64,000 nt of DNA, from the NCBI GenBank assembly GCA_051047955.1, contig JBPGPT010000012.1, positions 372,001-436,000 on the forward strand, in the 5' to 3' direction. Numbering within the stretch: position 1 is the first letter of the stretch; each line of letters opens with the position of its first letter. Shown piece after piece: positions 10,705 through 23,382 of this stretch. The notes under the pieces are model-generated. The model was not told the origin of the DNA. It worked only from the letters and a program-made list of their open reading frames with translations, and made no database searches. Position numbers and translations under genes: made by a program. The stretch is from Cystobasidiomycetes sp. EMM_F5. Taxonomy: Eukaryota.

Positions 10705-13700
10705 ATGTCTGCCGCTGGGCAAGGGGCAGCGCAACCTGGGGCAGAAAGTGCCGCCCCCAGCAATGGCACACTCACCCAACCGAAAGCAGATGCGGCATCG
10801 TCTACGGCAAAGTCAGGAGTAGCAGCTACGTCGACTCCCCCTCCTCCCGCTGAGAAGCCGCCGTCACCTCGGATGCCCGCTCCAGGTTCAGCACCGGCAC
10901 AGGCATCGTCCACCCCTGCCTCAACTGGGACAGTCACTCAGACTGTCTCAAATGTTAATGCAAATGCGAATACACAGACATCCAGTGCCGGTCAAGGGCC
11001 TGCATCCCGCTCGTTGACCCCAGCACAGCAGCAAGTCTTGCAGCGCCAGCAACAACAGCAGCAGCAACAACGTCAACAACAAGCGCAAGCGCAATCGCAA
11101 TCGCAACAACCAGGCTCATGGCGGTCACTTCTCGACAGAAGCCGCTCAGGCGCTCTCACAAACTACAACAGGGCTGGGTATGGCATCCAAACAGCACAAG
11201 CTACTGGAGAAAACAAAACATCGAGTGCATCGCCCGCATCTCCTTCTACAGCAGCCGGCAATACTAGCGCCTCGACGACGCAAGCACGACCAGCGGCGTC
11301 AGGGACGTACGGGCAAGCTAGAGCTCCTCCGAATCTACCGGGCGATCTGGGCACGATTCCAGCTCCGACATCTGCTCAATCACAACCTCCACAACAATCT
11401 GCGTACGGCGCGAGTTTTGGGCCGAGAAGGCCCTTTGAGGGATGGGGTAGACCTGCAGTCGCTTCCTTCAGCAACTCGCCGTCAAGCGCGTCGCCCAGGA
11501 CTGCACCTGTACCAAACACGGCAGCGACGGGTACGCAAAGTCAGTCGACGTCTGCAAGTCAGCAACATCAAAGTGTGGCAGGGCGACAGTCGCCAGCATC
11601 TCCGAAGGCAGCGTCGGCTATGGCAGCCGGGGCGAGACCAGGTCAGCCAGCCAGCGCAACCAATACTCCCACCACCGCCAACACTCCGAATACTACAGCT
11701 GGAGCGGCTGGAGCGGCTGCAAGACCGAAACCCGTCAGTCCGCAACGATCTCCCGTCCTCCAGACATCTCGTCCTGCTTCGTCGGGTATCGGATCAGGGT
11801 ACGGCGTCATGGGAATGGGTGGTATGGGCTTGATGGGCATGTATGGCTTGACATTTGCAGAACGACTAGCGCTGCAGCAACGCGAGAGGGAGAGGGAGAT
11901 TCAGAGAGCCCGTGAGATTCAAGCAAAGTATACCAGAGAGGCACTCAATCATGGTGCAAACAAGACTTCGACAAATCCTGCCGTCGCATCAGCCAATAGT
12001 GCTACTCCGTCTTCCGCCACTCAGACTCTGGCTGGCTCGCCTGCCGCAGGTCCTGCCGATAGACTTGCCAGACCTCCCTCTGCGCCCTCGACATCTGGTA
12101 ATGCAGTCAAGACCATGTCGGCTTCTCCTACTGTGCCTGCTGCTACCGTCAGTGGGCCAAGCTCTTCAGCTCCAAATCAGCAAAATGCGCCACAACACCG
12201 TCGCCCTCATTCCCTGTCTCACTCTGCCTCTGACCGGGAGCGTCTTATGGCAAACAGTCACAATTCATGGATGGGTGGAGCAGCGGCTTCAATTTTGGCA
12301 AAACGCGAGTCTCCGTCCCAACAGAGACCAGGCCAGACGGGTACTCCGCAAAACCCGTCGACTGCTGCTCCTGCTGTAGAGAGCCGTACAGCCGCAACGT
12401 CTCAGTCGCCCTTTGGTAGTGCTCTCGGCGGAAATCATACTGGACCCTCGCCTGCATCGGCAACTGGCCACTCGCGTCAGGCCTCGCTTCCAGGTGGGGC
12501 ATCGACTTCTGCAACTTCTGCTCATTCTGCGCAAACTGCTGCCAAACCTCAGCAGCAATCAATACATCAGCTCACTCGTCCTCCTGCTACGGCACCTATT
12601 CGTTCGTCCTTTCCCGCACCAGGGAAATTAGCATCTACAACAGCCAGTGGTTCTACCTTGGCTGCGCCAGCTTCTGCAACTCTTCCAAGTACTGGAGCAA
12701 CCGTTTCGCGTACCGGTGGAACTGGTCTAGGCCTACCTTCTGCAGGCGGTCTAGTCAGTAACGCTGCTGCCATTGAAAAGGATCGTGAGAGAGAGTCTCA
12801 GGCTGCCAATCTGGCAAACTCTTGGCGTTATTCTCCTATGGGTACACAGTATAGCCCAGCACATTATGCTCCAAAATCCGTTGGCGATCCTACAGCGCCA
12901 ACACCAAAGTTGCAAAGTGCCAACAATATACCGCCGATACCGCCCTACAATGGCGATAGGAGAACGGGGCAAGTCTCCGCCGCAGGAAGCGGCACTCAGG
13001 CTACTACAGATGCAGAAAACAGTCTAGCACAAGCCAAAGACGCAGTGGTAAGCAAAGCGCCAAATGCTCTTCTGTCATGTCAGCTAACATGTTTGCGACG
13101 ATTTCAGAATGGACAGAAACGAAAGCACAGCGATGCACTGGAATCGCCACAGCCCGCACAAAATCAGCAAGCGATACCCGCCGTGCAGAACCCTGCTCCG
13201 TCATCTGTACAAGCCCCATCTGTTGGTCAAGTGCAACAAGAACAGCAGACTTCAGCCGAAACTGGCCGGAAGCGAAAAGCGGGCGTCCCGTTGTTTGGAC
13301 CCGATGATATCAAGGGAGCTTCCATGCGCCCACCCCTGATGACCGTTCGTTCCGACCTTGTCGTCCGTGCTTTGCACAAGATTGCAAACCAACAGACCGC
13401 CTTAAATAACACACCCCACTTCCCTCCCTATCTCGGTCGCGTGGTGTATGACCCGTTCATCGAGCCGGCTTCGCTTCTGGATGCCGATGTCCTCAGAAAG
13501 GGAGTCGGCGGCAAAGTCGAAGTCTGGCTAGACACTGACTGGTTGCAGGGTGAGGTATGGGAGGCCGGCGCACCGTCTCATCCGGCAGTCAGTCGGCAGC
13601 CTTCGCCTGCTCTCGAGACGGCTGAGAAGAAAGCTAGCTCAAGCGAAGGCAAACAATCAACTCAAGATGAGCAGCAAGACGATGCCATGGAAGAAGACGT

Positions 13701-14250
13701 CACGAACGACGGCGAAGTCGCTACTCCCGCGTGGACACTATGGGACTTGCCGCCGTTGAGATCAAGGAAGATCTGGGGTACGGATGTTTATACGGATGAT
13801 TCCGATATCCTGGCAGCCTGCATACACTCAGGGTGGCTACGTCTCGGATCCACCACGCCATTGTTCAGCGCCTCCAAAGGCGATGACAGTGAGGAAGTGT
13901 CCTCGACATTGCATAAAGCGCCGCGCAAAAAAAGGAAAATGACTCTACCGCAACATCGATCTCTCAAAGTTACCATCGTTATTGCGCCGCGCCTCATCAA
14001 GTATGAGAGCTCTCTGCGTTCTGGGGTGCGCAGTCGTGGATGGGGCAATTCGCACGACGGAGTATCTTTCGCTATCGAAAGCGTCGAATTGCACGAGAAT
14101 GCCCCTCATCGTTTGAGTAGGCCTAGGCGGAAGGGTATCGAGCATCGTTTTGGGCCGCTCGCAAAAGAACGTTGCGCGTGCAGCACAGGTTGTGAAACGC
14201 GCTTCCTCCACCCGCCATTACAGCTTGGTCGGCTGTTGATCACGCCCTGA
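10705..14250 (+). CDS. RXT3: Rxt3-domain protein (Rpd3L histone deacetylase complex subunit) with long disordered N-terminus
   Basis: C-terminal KIWGTDVYTDDSDILAACIHSGW and GVRSRGWGNSHDGVSF. First ATG at 10705. Likely intron 13048-13107. 3' end uncertain. Confidence 0.8.
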   Translation: MSAAGQGAAQPGAESAAPSNGTLTQPKADAASSTAKSGVAATSTPPPPAEKPPSPRMPAPGSAPAQASSTPASTGTVTQTVSNVNANANTQTSSAGQGPASRSLTPAQQQVLQRQQQQQQQQRQQQAQAQSQSQQPGSWRSLLDRSRSGALTNYNRAGYGIQTAQATGENKTSSASPASPSTAAGNTSASTTQARPAASGTYGQARAPPNLPGDLGTIPAPTSAQSQPPQQSAYGASFGPRRPFEGWGRPAVASFSNSPSSASPRTAPVPNTAATGTQSQSTSASQQHQSVAGRQSPASPKAASAMAAGARPGQPASATNTPTTANTPNTTAGAAGAAARPKPVSPQRSPVLQTSRPASSGIGSGYGVMGMGGMGLMGMYGLTFAERLALQQREREREIQRAREIQAKYTREALNHGANKTSTNPAVASANSATPSSATQTLAGSPAAGPADRLARPPSAPSTSGNAVKTMSASPTVPAATVSGPSSSAPNQQNAPQHRRPHSLSHSASDRERLMANSHNSWMGGAAASILAKRESPSQQRPGQTGTPQNPSTAAPAVESRTAATSQSPFGSALGGNHTGPSPASATGHSRQASLPGGASTSATSAHSAQTAAKPQQQSIHQLTRPPATAPIRSSFPAPGKLASTTASGSTLAAPASATLPSTGATVSRTGGTGLGLPSAGGLVSNAAAIEKDRERESQAANLANSWRYSPMGTQYSPAHYAPKSVGDPTAPTPKLQSANNIPPIPPYNGDRRTGQVSAAGSGTQATTDAENSLAQAKDAVVSKAPNALLSCQLTCLRRFQNGQKRKHSDALESPQPAQNQQAIPAVQNPAPSSVQAPSVGQVQQEQQTSAETGRKRKAGVPLFGPDDIKGASMRPPLMTVRSDLVVRALHKIANQQTALNNTPHFPPYLGRVVYDPFIEPASLLDADVLRKGVGGKVEVWLDTDWLQGEVWEAGAPSHPAVSRQPSPALETAEKKASSSEGKQSTQDEQQDDAMEEDVTNDGEVATPAWTLWDLPPLRSRKIWGTDVYTDDSDILAACIHSGWLRLGSTTPLFSASKGDDSEEVSSTLHKAPRKKRKMTLPQHRSLKVTIVIAPRLIKYESSLRSGVRSRGWGNSHDGVSFAIESVELHENAPHRLSRPRRKGIEHRFGPLAKERCACSTGCETRFLHPPLQLGRLLITP
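11047..11108 (+). repeat. CAG/CAA poly-Gln coding tract
   Basis: Encodes QQQQQQQQRQQQAQAQSQSQQ within the RXT3-like gene. Confidence 0.8.
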
Positions 14251-14342
14251 ACGGCATTAGCAATGCGACTAGTATCGGTATCGCTGGTGGTAGACACCAG
14301 ATCGAGCTCTACCCGTGATGATAGCTACATTGCAGTGCTAGT

Positions 14343-15884
14343 TCATGTTGACGATGTCAAGTTGCCAAAAGCGTAGACTAATGCGCTGACGAATGGAATC
14401 AGACTAAAGGCTTGCCAATATACTCCACTGTACCATGCTGAAGCGAAGGAAAAGAACGTCAATATCGTACCGGCAACGGTGTTGCCCGATCCAGCGCAGA
14501 AGAGCAGACACCACGGTATGCCGATAGTCTTGTTGAGAATCAGGCCTACGACCTTTCTTTGGAAGCGGTTGCCATCGATGCCGTACGGGGACTTGACATT
14601 CAACGACCGTGTAGCGTCTGAAAGCTGATTGGGTAATGTCACGTCAAATGACGCCTTCACCGGTTTATGATCTGATAAGAGTACGCTCTCGATCTAGCAG
14701 ACGAATGAGGAACGATGTCAGGAAAGATCGACCTCCCTGTTTTCCAGACTCACAGAGCTGTATCCAGTCTGCCGTATCGTATCATATGACCAGGCCGCAA
14801 ACAAAATGCGGTCACACCATCCAGGTGTCCTTTCCACGAAACTCTGTTCGGCATGGCCGGTCGAATAATAAGCTTAAGCCTTGAGCTTAATAAGGAAGCA
14901 TACCTTGTATTCATTGGTACCTATCCTGTACTTGTACGATGGCGGAAAGCTTGCCAGGTCGCCTTCCTGCAGATGGTGCATGGTTCGCCTAGCCGACCGC
15001 TCCACACTCAGTTGATCTCGTTCAGCGATCAGTTTGGCACGATCGCTGAGAGCGCTGCGTAGCTTTAGGGACGACATATAATCCGGTTTGGCTGTACTTA
15101 TACGATAGTTCAGATCTCCCAGTACGAAAAGGTAGGATGAGTCGTAGATTTGGGAGGCTTTGCGACCGTCGCGAAATAGTAAGCGGCTAACGATAGATTT
15201 CCAGTCATCATTCCTCCGTGCAACATTGTAGTCATGCGGTGCCAGATGAGTATTGACAAATGTCCAGATCGTATTGCTGTCCCGCAGCTTGAAGCGAATG
15301 CCGACAGCCCCTACGAGCAACTTGATGCGGTCAGTTAATCTATAATGGATAAATTAGGGATTTCTCTCTACCTTTATTGCACATGTAATACGCCCCGAAC
15401 GCAGTATCTGCGGCCTGCACATCGCAGACCTGGCTCGTGAATCCTTCCGCAACATAAACAAACAACGCTAGTCCACCCAGCGTTGCTTTCCGAGCAAGGA
15501 CTGATATAACCAGAATCAGCCGCGTACCAACTTGAAGCGCATCACATATGCAAACCGTATTTCGTTGATGCATTCTGACTTGACGCGTGCTTCTCAAGTT
15601 CGACTTTCAGCTGTTGATCCAAACGATCCAGTTTCGCTGCAGGAGCTCCAGCCAGCGCTGCCGGCAGCGGCGTCGTTTCTCTTTAGGTACAGTATCAGCT
15701 TTTGGACACTCAGCTCGCCTCGTCGCGCTCACTGAAAGCCAATGACGTAGATCGCTGGCGCCTCGGAGGCTGTTAGGTCGCTGTCTTGGCCAACATTGTG
15801 TGCAGACAGGCAAGCTGTAAAGTCGCTTGCATGATGCTTGTGCAGGAGCTGCGCAGCATTCCATGTGCATACGGCGACCTTCAT
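14343..15884 (-). CDS. Inositol polyphosphate 5-phosphatase with hydrophobic C-tail (INP54-like)
   Basis: VCTWNAA, YVIGFQ, FVNTHLAPH, FVLGDLNYRI, FPPSYKY, PGWCDRIL and SDHKPV. Hydrophobic C-terminus. Confidence 0.9.
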
Positions 15885-16082
15885 ATTTATTGTGCGATGA
15901 TGGCAAAGCAAGTAATGCGCGAAGGGCCCAACTTGAAGCTATTCTGGATTTCGAGTTAATTGACTGACATGTAATGTTTTACATTGCAATGAAGGAACAG
16001 ACGTATGCATCGGCTGTGCGCTCAACCTCTAAGTAGGCTGTTTTTGGGTCTGTCTGACTGCTGCGCGGATGGAACGAAGCCC

Positions 16083-17587
16083 TCACCACCCGCTTCCTTC
16101 GAATCTGGTCAGACCAGCATATGACGCATTCTTCCCGAGAGGTCTCCTGCTGTACGTACTGGAGCCCGGCAGATCCAGAGGTGGAAGACTTGGGAGAGTC
16201 AGGCTGCTTGTATGACTACCCATGGGTGATTGATTGCCTCGCAGTAGTGACAAGTCACTGCGGCTGGCGCTGGGTCGTAAAGTACCGGAAGCGAAACCGC
16301 CGCTATACGATGCGGAATGACCTAAACGAGCGTTTGATGACTTGGCTGGACGGTCGCTAAATGACGGCAGTCGGCTTGAAGAAGTGCTCATGCCGCTTGA
16401 GAAGGCCGGATACCCATCATCGTCATCGTAAGAGCTTGAATATCCACGCCGGGACGACGGAGGTATCATTGATGTGCTTAACTCCGGGAAAGACGGATTC
16501 AGCAATTTGTTGGGCAGAAATTGAGGAGAGCAGGTATCAAGTCCGCTAGCAAGGGAAGACCGGCTTAGCGGGGCAAAGCCATTACGGGAGTGCGAGTGTG
16601 TAGTTGAGTAACCAGAGTCCTGTGGACTACGAGAGCGACTGGAAGGACCGATGCCCCAGCTGTCATCGTCAGACGTTCCCGAAGAGTGACGTGAATGATT
16701 GGATTGGAACGGCCTGCTCGACTGCGGATGGAAGCTAGAATTGAATGATTCTATGGATGGCATTCGTCGTAGACCGTGCGGTTGAACGGGTCTGAGTATG
16801 GATGAAAAGTTGGGTGTTACCAAGCTCCCATAGTCATCGTTTCCGCATCCGCCATAACTGCTAAGGGACGAGCTCGTAGTTGAGGGAGTGGAAGATGGTG
16901 TGAGTTCAGGGAGAGGTGAATGCGGAGGGAGCGAAGCTTCTACTTGAGCCCAGCTCCCCGACCGTTGAGCCAAAGCAGGGGAACTTCGCGAGTGACTGCT
17001 TGTTTGAATAGGCGGCAGTTGCGGCAATAGTGCGCCCGCACGCTGAGATGCTGCTCTAGTCGAGGACGTTGTGTTCAGAGAGCCTAGCGGAGGTAAAGTC
17101 AAGCCGGTAGGGCCGTTGAACATTGGCTGTTGATAAAGCATGCCGTACGAAGATGCACTGACCGTGTCGAACCAACATGTCAGTACGAGCAGCCTGCTTC
17201 TATAGACGTTCACTTACGCTTGAGAATCAAGGTAGGAGCACTGGATGGCCCTCGTTTTGCAATTACTACATGTGGCCTGGCGGTCGCACTGTAGCGTAGA
17301 AAAGAGCATCGAAAATCAGCATGTTTTGTTGGCGCATCGATGCAGCATGATCTCTCACTCGGATCTTTTTCTTTCTACAGAAGTCACAAGCAGAGGGTCC
17401 TCTTGATTCTGTATAGTTGCATGTGAGACACATCATGACAGGAATGGGCGTGGTTGTGGCGTCACATCAGCATCTCCGAAACCACCATCACCCATCCGAG
17501 AGTCTTGAAACAGAACGCACTTTTGTAGTGTGACAGCACGTCCGAAGGGTACATATTAGGATTGAACGAGGTCGGCATGATATCCAT
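16083..17587 (-). CDS. Zn(II)2Cys6 fungal transcription factor
   Basis: Small upstream exons splice to MDIMPTSFNPNMYPSDVLSHYK|KSRGPSACDFCRKKKIR|CDRQATCSNCKTRAIQCSY, then join the Ser-rich ORF 16083-17213. Confidence 0.85.
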
Positions 17588-19012
17588 ATTGCGAGTCTTG
17601 AGCGTTGGCCAAACGAGAGCCGCGCCAATTTGAGAGCGAAAAGCGAACGCAGTGGTCGACAAACAGTCATCAAAACCGGGCGTCCAGAATTGCGTTCTAG
17701 TCAGATGTGCTGGCAGCCTTCAAACTGTCAAACGTCGACACGGAGGAGGGAGTGTCGCGCTAGACGGTACGGTGTAGCGTAGCGAGCTGAGCGGGAGGAC
17801 ACTGACAAGGGACAGGAGGGTACACCATGTCGACTCGTGGCATCACCCTGGAAATCAACCGTAGGCGTTGCGAGATGTGATCTTCGGACGTCTTCCCAGT
17901 ACAACCTCGCTTTGTGCTGATCATACGGAGCGGCAAGACGCGTCCGTGCGCTGAATCACCAAATTGCGGAGGTCAGTTGTGCCAATTCCCGCATGGCAAG
18001 GGGACGTTTGGCCATCCGTTTAAACGAAGGGAACAGCGTTGGCTGAACAATTACCCGTGCACAGCTGACGCAAAGTACATAGGTTGCGGCAGTCGTCGAG
18101 CCGTCAGCTGAGACACTATCTGTCCATCGTCAGCACCTCGTGCGGGCCAAAGCAGGCTGTTTGGTAATGGAGATGTCCATGTCCGCCGGGAACCATGCGG
18201 CTGATGTGAGAGTGCTTTTCTGGTAGCCAAACACAGCTAGGCTCTTGGTACCAAACAGAGCTGTCAGCTTGGACGGGGCCAAATACGTAATATGTTTGCC
18301 GCCTAGCAGCTTGTGCAAAGAAGTACAGGAGAGCTGCGGCGTAAATATCACTTGCGGTGTAAGCCATGAGTAGAACTATCGGACAGACTCGGAGCGTCAT
18401 ATGCATGATCAGTAGACTGGCATGCGCAATCAACGGAAGCGGAGAAACCCTCAAGCAGTACTTCCATTATCAGCTTCCGTTTCGCGGCAGGGCAGCGCAT
18501 TCATGGCTTAGCTTGATTCGGCGAAAAGAGAAATCTCAAAGGCTCCGATCTGGATCATGGCGTGGACAGGTTTGCCATTGGGGCATGTCCTGACAGGACC
18601 GACAACAGATTCCTAAACTTCAGCTGCATATACAACGTGTATGATTCCCTACGTTCCCCAGATTGGACTCTAGATACAAGAAACACTAGAAAATTGATGG
18701 GACAAATGCCCAGATACAAGGAATAGCGCACAGGCGGTATACTCCGACAGAGCGTGTATAGTACTGTTGGATCATATCTGGCGCCTCGCCAATTTGTTTG
18801 AAAGTCAAATGAATGTCCGTGTATATACTGTATACTGTGTACTGCGCAAAGATAGGCGCTTTCAAGAGAATTTGTAGAGGTCTAGAGATTTGCGAGATTG
18901 AAAAAAGTATGGGTGCGAGCCGAGACGTAAAGTGTGGCACGGTGACACTGAGCATGTCAAGGCGACGCTGTCTTGTTTGAGCGTCGCGTTGCTTCCGGAA
19001 TGAGACAATCCG

Positions 19013-22000
19013 TCACGAAGGGCCAGTTGAAGGCGAAGTTGCCCGCGTGTGAGGTGTATCTTGCGCCGGCGTACTAGTCAGATCCGCAGCATTGCTAATT
19101 TGGCTGTCAGTTTCTGGGTGAGATGGCTCCTCCACTTGAGGAGGATCTGCATAACGCATTTTAGGAGTCGTTGAGTACTTGCCATACTTCCCTTCTGCAG
19201 ACTTTTCCAAAGTGTCCCACGGAATGACACGGCCGAGCTGAATGAAGCCATTCTCTCTGATGAGCGGCGAGCCATACATTCGCGCTCCACCCCATCTCGA
19301 ACTGACTAGTTCGACTTCGCCATTGCCATTCCATGTAGGTATGGGAGACACGCGATCAGGACTGACCCCATCGTGAGGTGACTGCTTGACTTGGTCGGTT
19401 GTGCTACCCGGCGGTAAAGGCGGGACATGTGCAGGGTATGCTGGAGCATCAATGCCAGCATCCCACATGCGCTCGCGCCCGAGCAATGCTAAAGCGGTTT
19501 CAAAGAACCATTCGTTGCGTTTCAGATAATGTACCACGACCGTCCCGCCATGCGGCAGACCCAAGAAGCGCCGATCACGCAAGGACATGCTTTCGGGGTC
19601 GTAGCGCATGGAGGGAGCGGGAACGGCTCTTTGCTTTGCGGCGCTTGAATCTGAAGGCGCGTCGGGAAGCATAGAGTAGTCCTGCTTGAAGCCAGGCTTG
19701 CTTCCAAACGGGAATTGGTAGCCGGGACCATTCTGTTGCGCCAGCAGCCTTGGCGTGGAGGAAGTAGAGCCGTTGACAGGCGATGACTCAACGAATTTAT
19801 CTGAGTCGCTTTCATTTGACTCATCCGCTGACCGCTTTGCGTGTTGAGGCCGAATATCCACATCTCCGGGATCGCGTAGCAGAGAGTTTGGCATTCGGTT
19901 GTATTTTCCGAAAGCCATCTCAAATTTAGCGTTGCTAGTGACCAACAGCAAATCAGCAAGTATAAGAAGTCGTTATGAAGGACTTTGACTCACTCTTCAG
20001 ATCTAGCTGCTTCTGCACGCTTTGGCCTGTCTACCGAACCTTTAATGCGTTCGTCCACGGAGTCGAAAACAACAGCGCCATTACGCAACACATCGTTGGT
20101 GCCCAGCTTGTGAGTCCAATCGTCGAGAGCAGTCCAGCGTCCGCCGCCTTCGATGAGGGCTTCAACTTCCTCTTCGATAGTCATGTCGTCTTTCGGCTTG
20201 GTATAGGGTGTCTTCCACTTTGTGACGGTACTGTGAGCATCCGCATGTTCTCCACCACGACGGGTCTTCTCGGCAGCGGAGAGTCCCGCTTGACCTTCGG
20301 CACGTATACGTTCGACCTCATCTGGGAAGAGGAAACCATGCGCATACGATGTCGAAGCTTTCGGATGATCATAAATATAGCAACGCTCCGTGACCCAGTT
20401 GATGGATGTAGCGTTTGGATGCATGCGAATCCACTTTGCTACACGCTTATCTTCAGCACCAATCGTGTAGCTCTCTAAAGCCGGATTTGTCGCAATATAT
20501 TGGACCAGATCGGCCGACAGTGCGTAGCATTCGCCACCCATGAAGAGGTTACGAATTAGGTCTGCGATATGGGATGTAACCCTCAGTGAGGGCTATGCGA
20601 CAAGAGATGATGAAAGTACTCACATCCCCAGTACGTAGCATGACGAGGCGCTACGCGCAAATGGCGTTCCAGCTCGCTTAGAACCAGGAAAGCGTCATCA
20701 TCAGCTTTGACGACATAGTCCGCTTTTTTGAATCCGAGGGTGTATGTTTGCGGCGCATCTTGATCAATAGGCGTGAGTTTGCCAATCCGTTTACCGGCCG
20801 GCGTTTTGTACCATATGGGCACCGTCGCATTCTCACTTGCCCATTTGAAAAAGGTATGCGTTTTACCTTGATTCATATTTTCACGCGTATCCAACACGAC
20901 GATATCGTTATACATCTCCATTTCCAGCGCTATCCGTCGGGCATGGTGACGTCTCGGCCGGCCCAAGATGAATTTGACCTGGACGTTTTGGCCTGGAATG
21001 CCAGTATATGGATCGATGGGACGCGTGTGACGAAGGTACGAGGAGCGAATGAGATGTCGCCGCTCATAGGCAGCATCGACCGAGAAGACACCTACGAAAA
21101 TGTCGACTGGAGCAAGGGAATCTGCAAGTTCGTGTGGAAAGGGTCGTTGCTCCTGGCAGTATTGTCGCCAGGGTCGCGGAGCCTTGTCCGGCGACAGCAC
21201 GTAGTACATGGACGCAGTCAGAGAGTAGACTAAGGAAGTGAGAAGACCGAGGGCGAAGAGGATCGTGAGAGGTTGCGTTGGGACCAAAGGGTGTAGGAGA
21301 AAGCGATTCCAGGCTTTGATGGCACTTGGAAAGGGTATGAAAGTAGCCAACGAGAAACGGTGCTTCTTCGCAGAGCGTGCAGCTGCACTCATCGGCATCG
21401 GTCTGAAATTGGCAAGATCATCCACCTCAGACGGCCGCCTTCGAGGTGAGGCCCATCCAGCTCGTCTCCGCGAGTTTGACTGAGCGGCCGTATTCAGTGC
21501 TAGGGGTAGATCAGTGAGAGATGGATCGCGGGACAGTATCGATCCTCCGAGCTTTCGTGCAAGTGGTCCTGTCCGATAGTGGTGGTAGGTGAATGGGCCT
21601 TCCAGAGGCACCGCATAATCTGGCGATTCGCAATTATCGCTCGTCGCAAATGTATGTAGGGCTCGTGCGCTCTTGCTGCGGGAGAAGGAGCCAGACGAAC
21701 TGTGTCTCTCGCGGTCTTTGCCCTTGACGTGATCAAACGGAGAGCTCGGCGAAAAGGGCGAGGATGGCGATGATGCTATAGTCGATAGGCCAGCAGAGAA
21801 GGCACCGCTGCTTGCTTTCCGGTGGTGGTAGTGGTGATGATGTATGTGATACGATTGGCCGCTCGCGGATTGGGGCGATGGTGATGGGGCGCGAGAGGAC
21901 AGCTGCGACACGCTACTAGCTGCATAGCGTGGACTAGATGATGTGCTTTCTGCTTCTCTAGCATCCGCGTCGAGGGTGCTGAGTGCAGTGAGTGCAGCAC

Positions 22001-22556
22001 CCAACGCACCAACGCTTCTGACACGTCGAGGACCAGTGTTTAGAGCTCTACCGGATGGCGGAGGAGGTACACGGTTGAGATTGCTCGTAGAAGCAGCAGC
22101 GTCGGAGTGATACCCGCCGTAGACGCGCTCATAGTCTGGTCTATTGGGGTTGTCCTGACTCAATCTACTGCTACTGCCAGTACTTTCGGCGTAGGGGCTG
22201 GCCAAAGTAGAGGTGCCGGCTGAGATATTACTATGCAGGAGACGTTGCTGCAGTGCACCAGCGTTTTCACTCTGCAACTGAGATTCGGCCGTTGACGCCT
22301 GTCCCAAGTCCTCGGCCGCATGTTGGTTATGCTGGCCGAATGCGGCATGCTGGTGAAGCTGGGAGTGGACGTCTTCGGCGGTATACGGCGACAGGACCTC
22401 TGCATGAGAGCTCCTAGGGCTGCATACGCTACTAGGCGGGGGCGAGGCGCTGGATACTGTGGAAGCTGTCGAGGAATACGACGGGGGAGGATCTGCGACC
22501 ACAGTGACCGCCTGGTCGTTGAGGTAGTAGAATGGCGTGGACGGGCGGGTCGCCAT
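19013..22556 (-). CDS. Glycosyltransferase family 31 (beta-1,3-galactosyltransferase-like), type II membrane protein
   Basis: TM segment, ERRHLIRSSY, LEMEMYNDIVVLD..ENMNQGKT, YVVKADDDAF (DxD motif), MGGECYALS and AEDK. Three exons. Confidence 0.9.
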
Positions 22557-23382
22557 GGCTGCGAGCGCGGTGTGATGAGCTGCGTCCGTACGAGTGAGCC
22601 TCCCATTCAGACTGCCGTCACACCATGTCCCATGCGGAATTCGGGCCACAGTGTGCTCGCTCGATAAGGACAGATGGGCGGTTTCCAGTCAAAGCGTCCA
22701 GCACCGCGGCCAGTGGTAGTCTTTGAGCTCAGGTGTGCGTCAACTGAGGCAGGCTGGGTGTGCAGTATATTCTGAGAACGGGCTGTTCGTCGAGTAACCT
22801 CAAAACTTCAAGTTCTGCTGGCGACCCCGAGGCGCTGATCGCTTGCCAAATCCAGAGTATGCCGACAAGACCCACAGCCCTGCTTCTTGCGTTTGTTTGA
22901 ACATATCATACAGATGTATTTGCAACAAACGTGTAGATATACTAAGTATCCTCTTGCTTCATGGCAAGCTATCGGTAGCAGCGACGTGGGTCTTGAGTTT
23001 ACGTCAAGTTGGCAGCGGGATCAACATGCACCAACTCTAGAAATGAACTCGCACAGGCTAATGCTGCAAATCGTGCTGCTTTCTCGTTGTACAGTACGCT
23101 GTCATGCCGCTGTCCAGACCGCTCTCGCAGCCCTCCTTCATGCCCCATTCCAGGGAGTGGCTGCACGCGTCAAGTGCACGTCAAACATTGTTATAAAGTG
23201 TCCGCAATCTGCTTTCGCAATAAGTCTGAGCAGAAATGGCTGCAATGATCTGCTGTCTGTACACCATGCTACTTGCTGCTGCTGCAGGCTTTCCATGAGG
23301 AAATTCAACATCCTCCTCGTAGCATGAATCCCCGGCGAACAAGAAGAAGAAAGAAACGCTGCAATACTTCGCTGAAAGGGCA

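Noticed and set aside
17600..19000. Short ORFs between the Zn2Cys6 and GT31 genes
   Set aside because: No recognisable motifs or consistent exon chain. Treated as promoter and UTR sequence.
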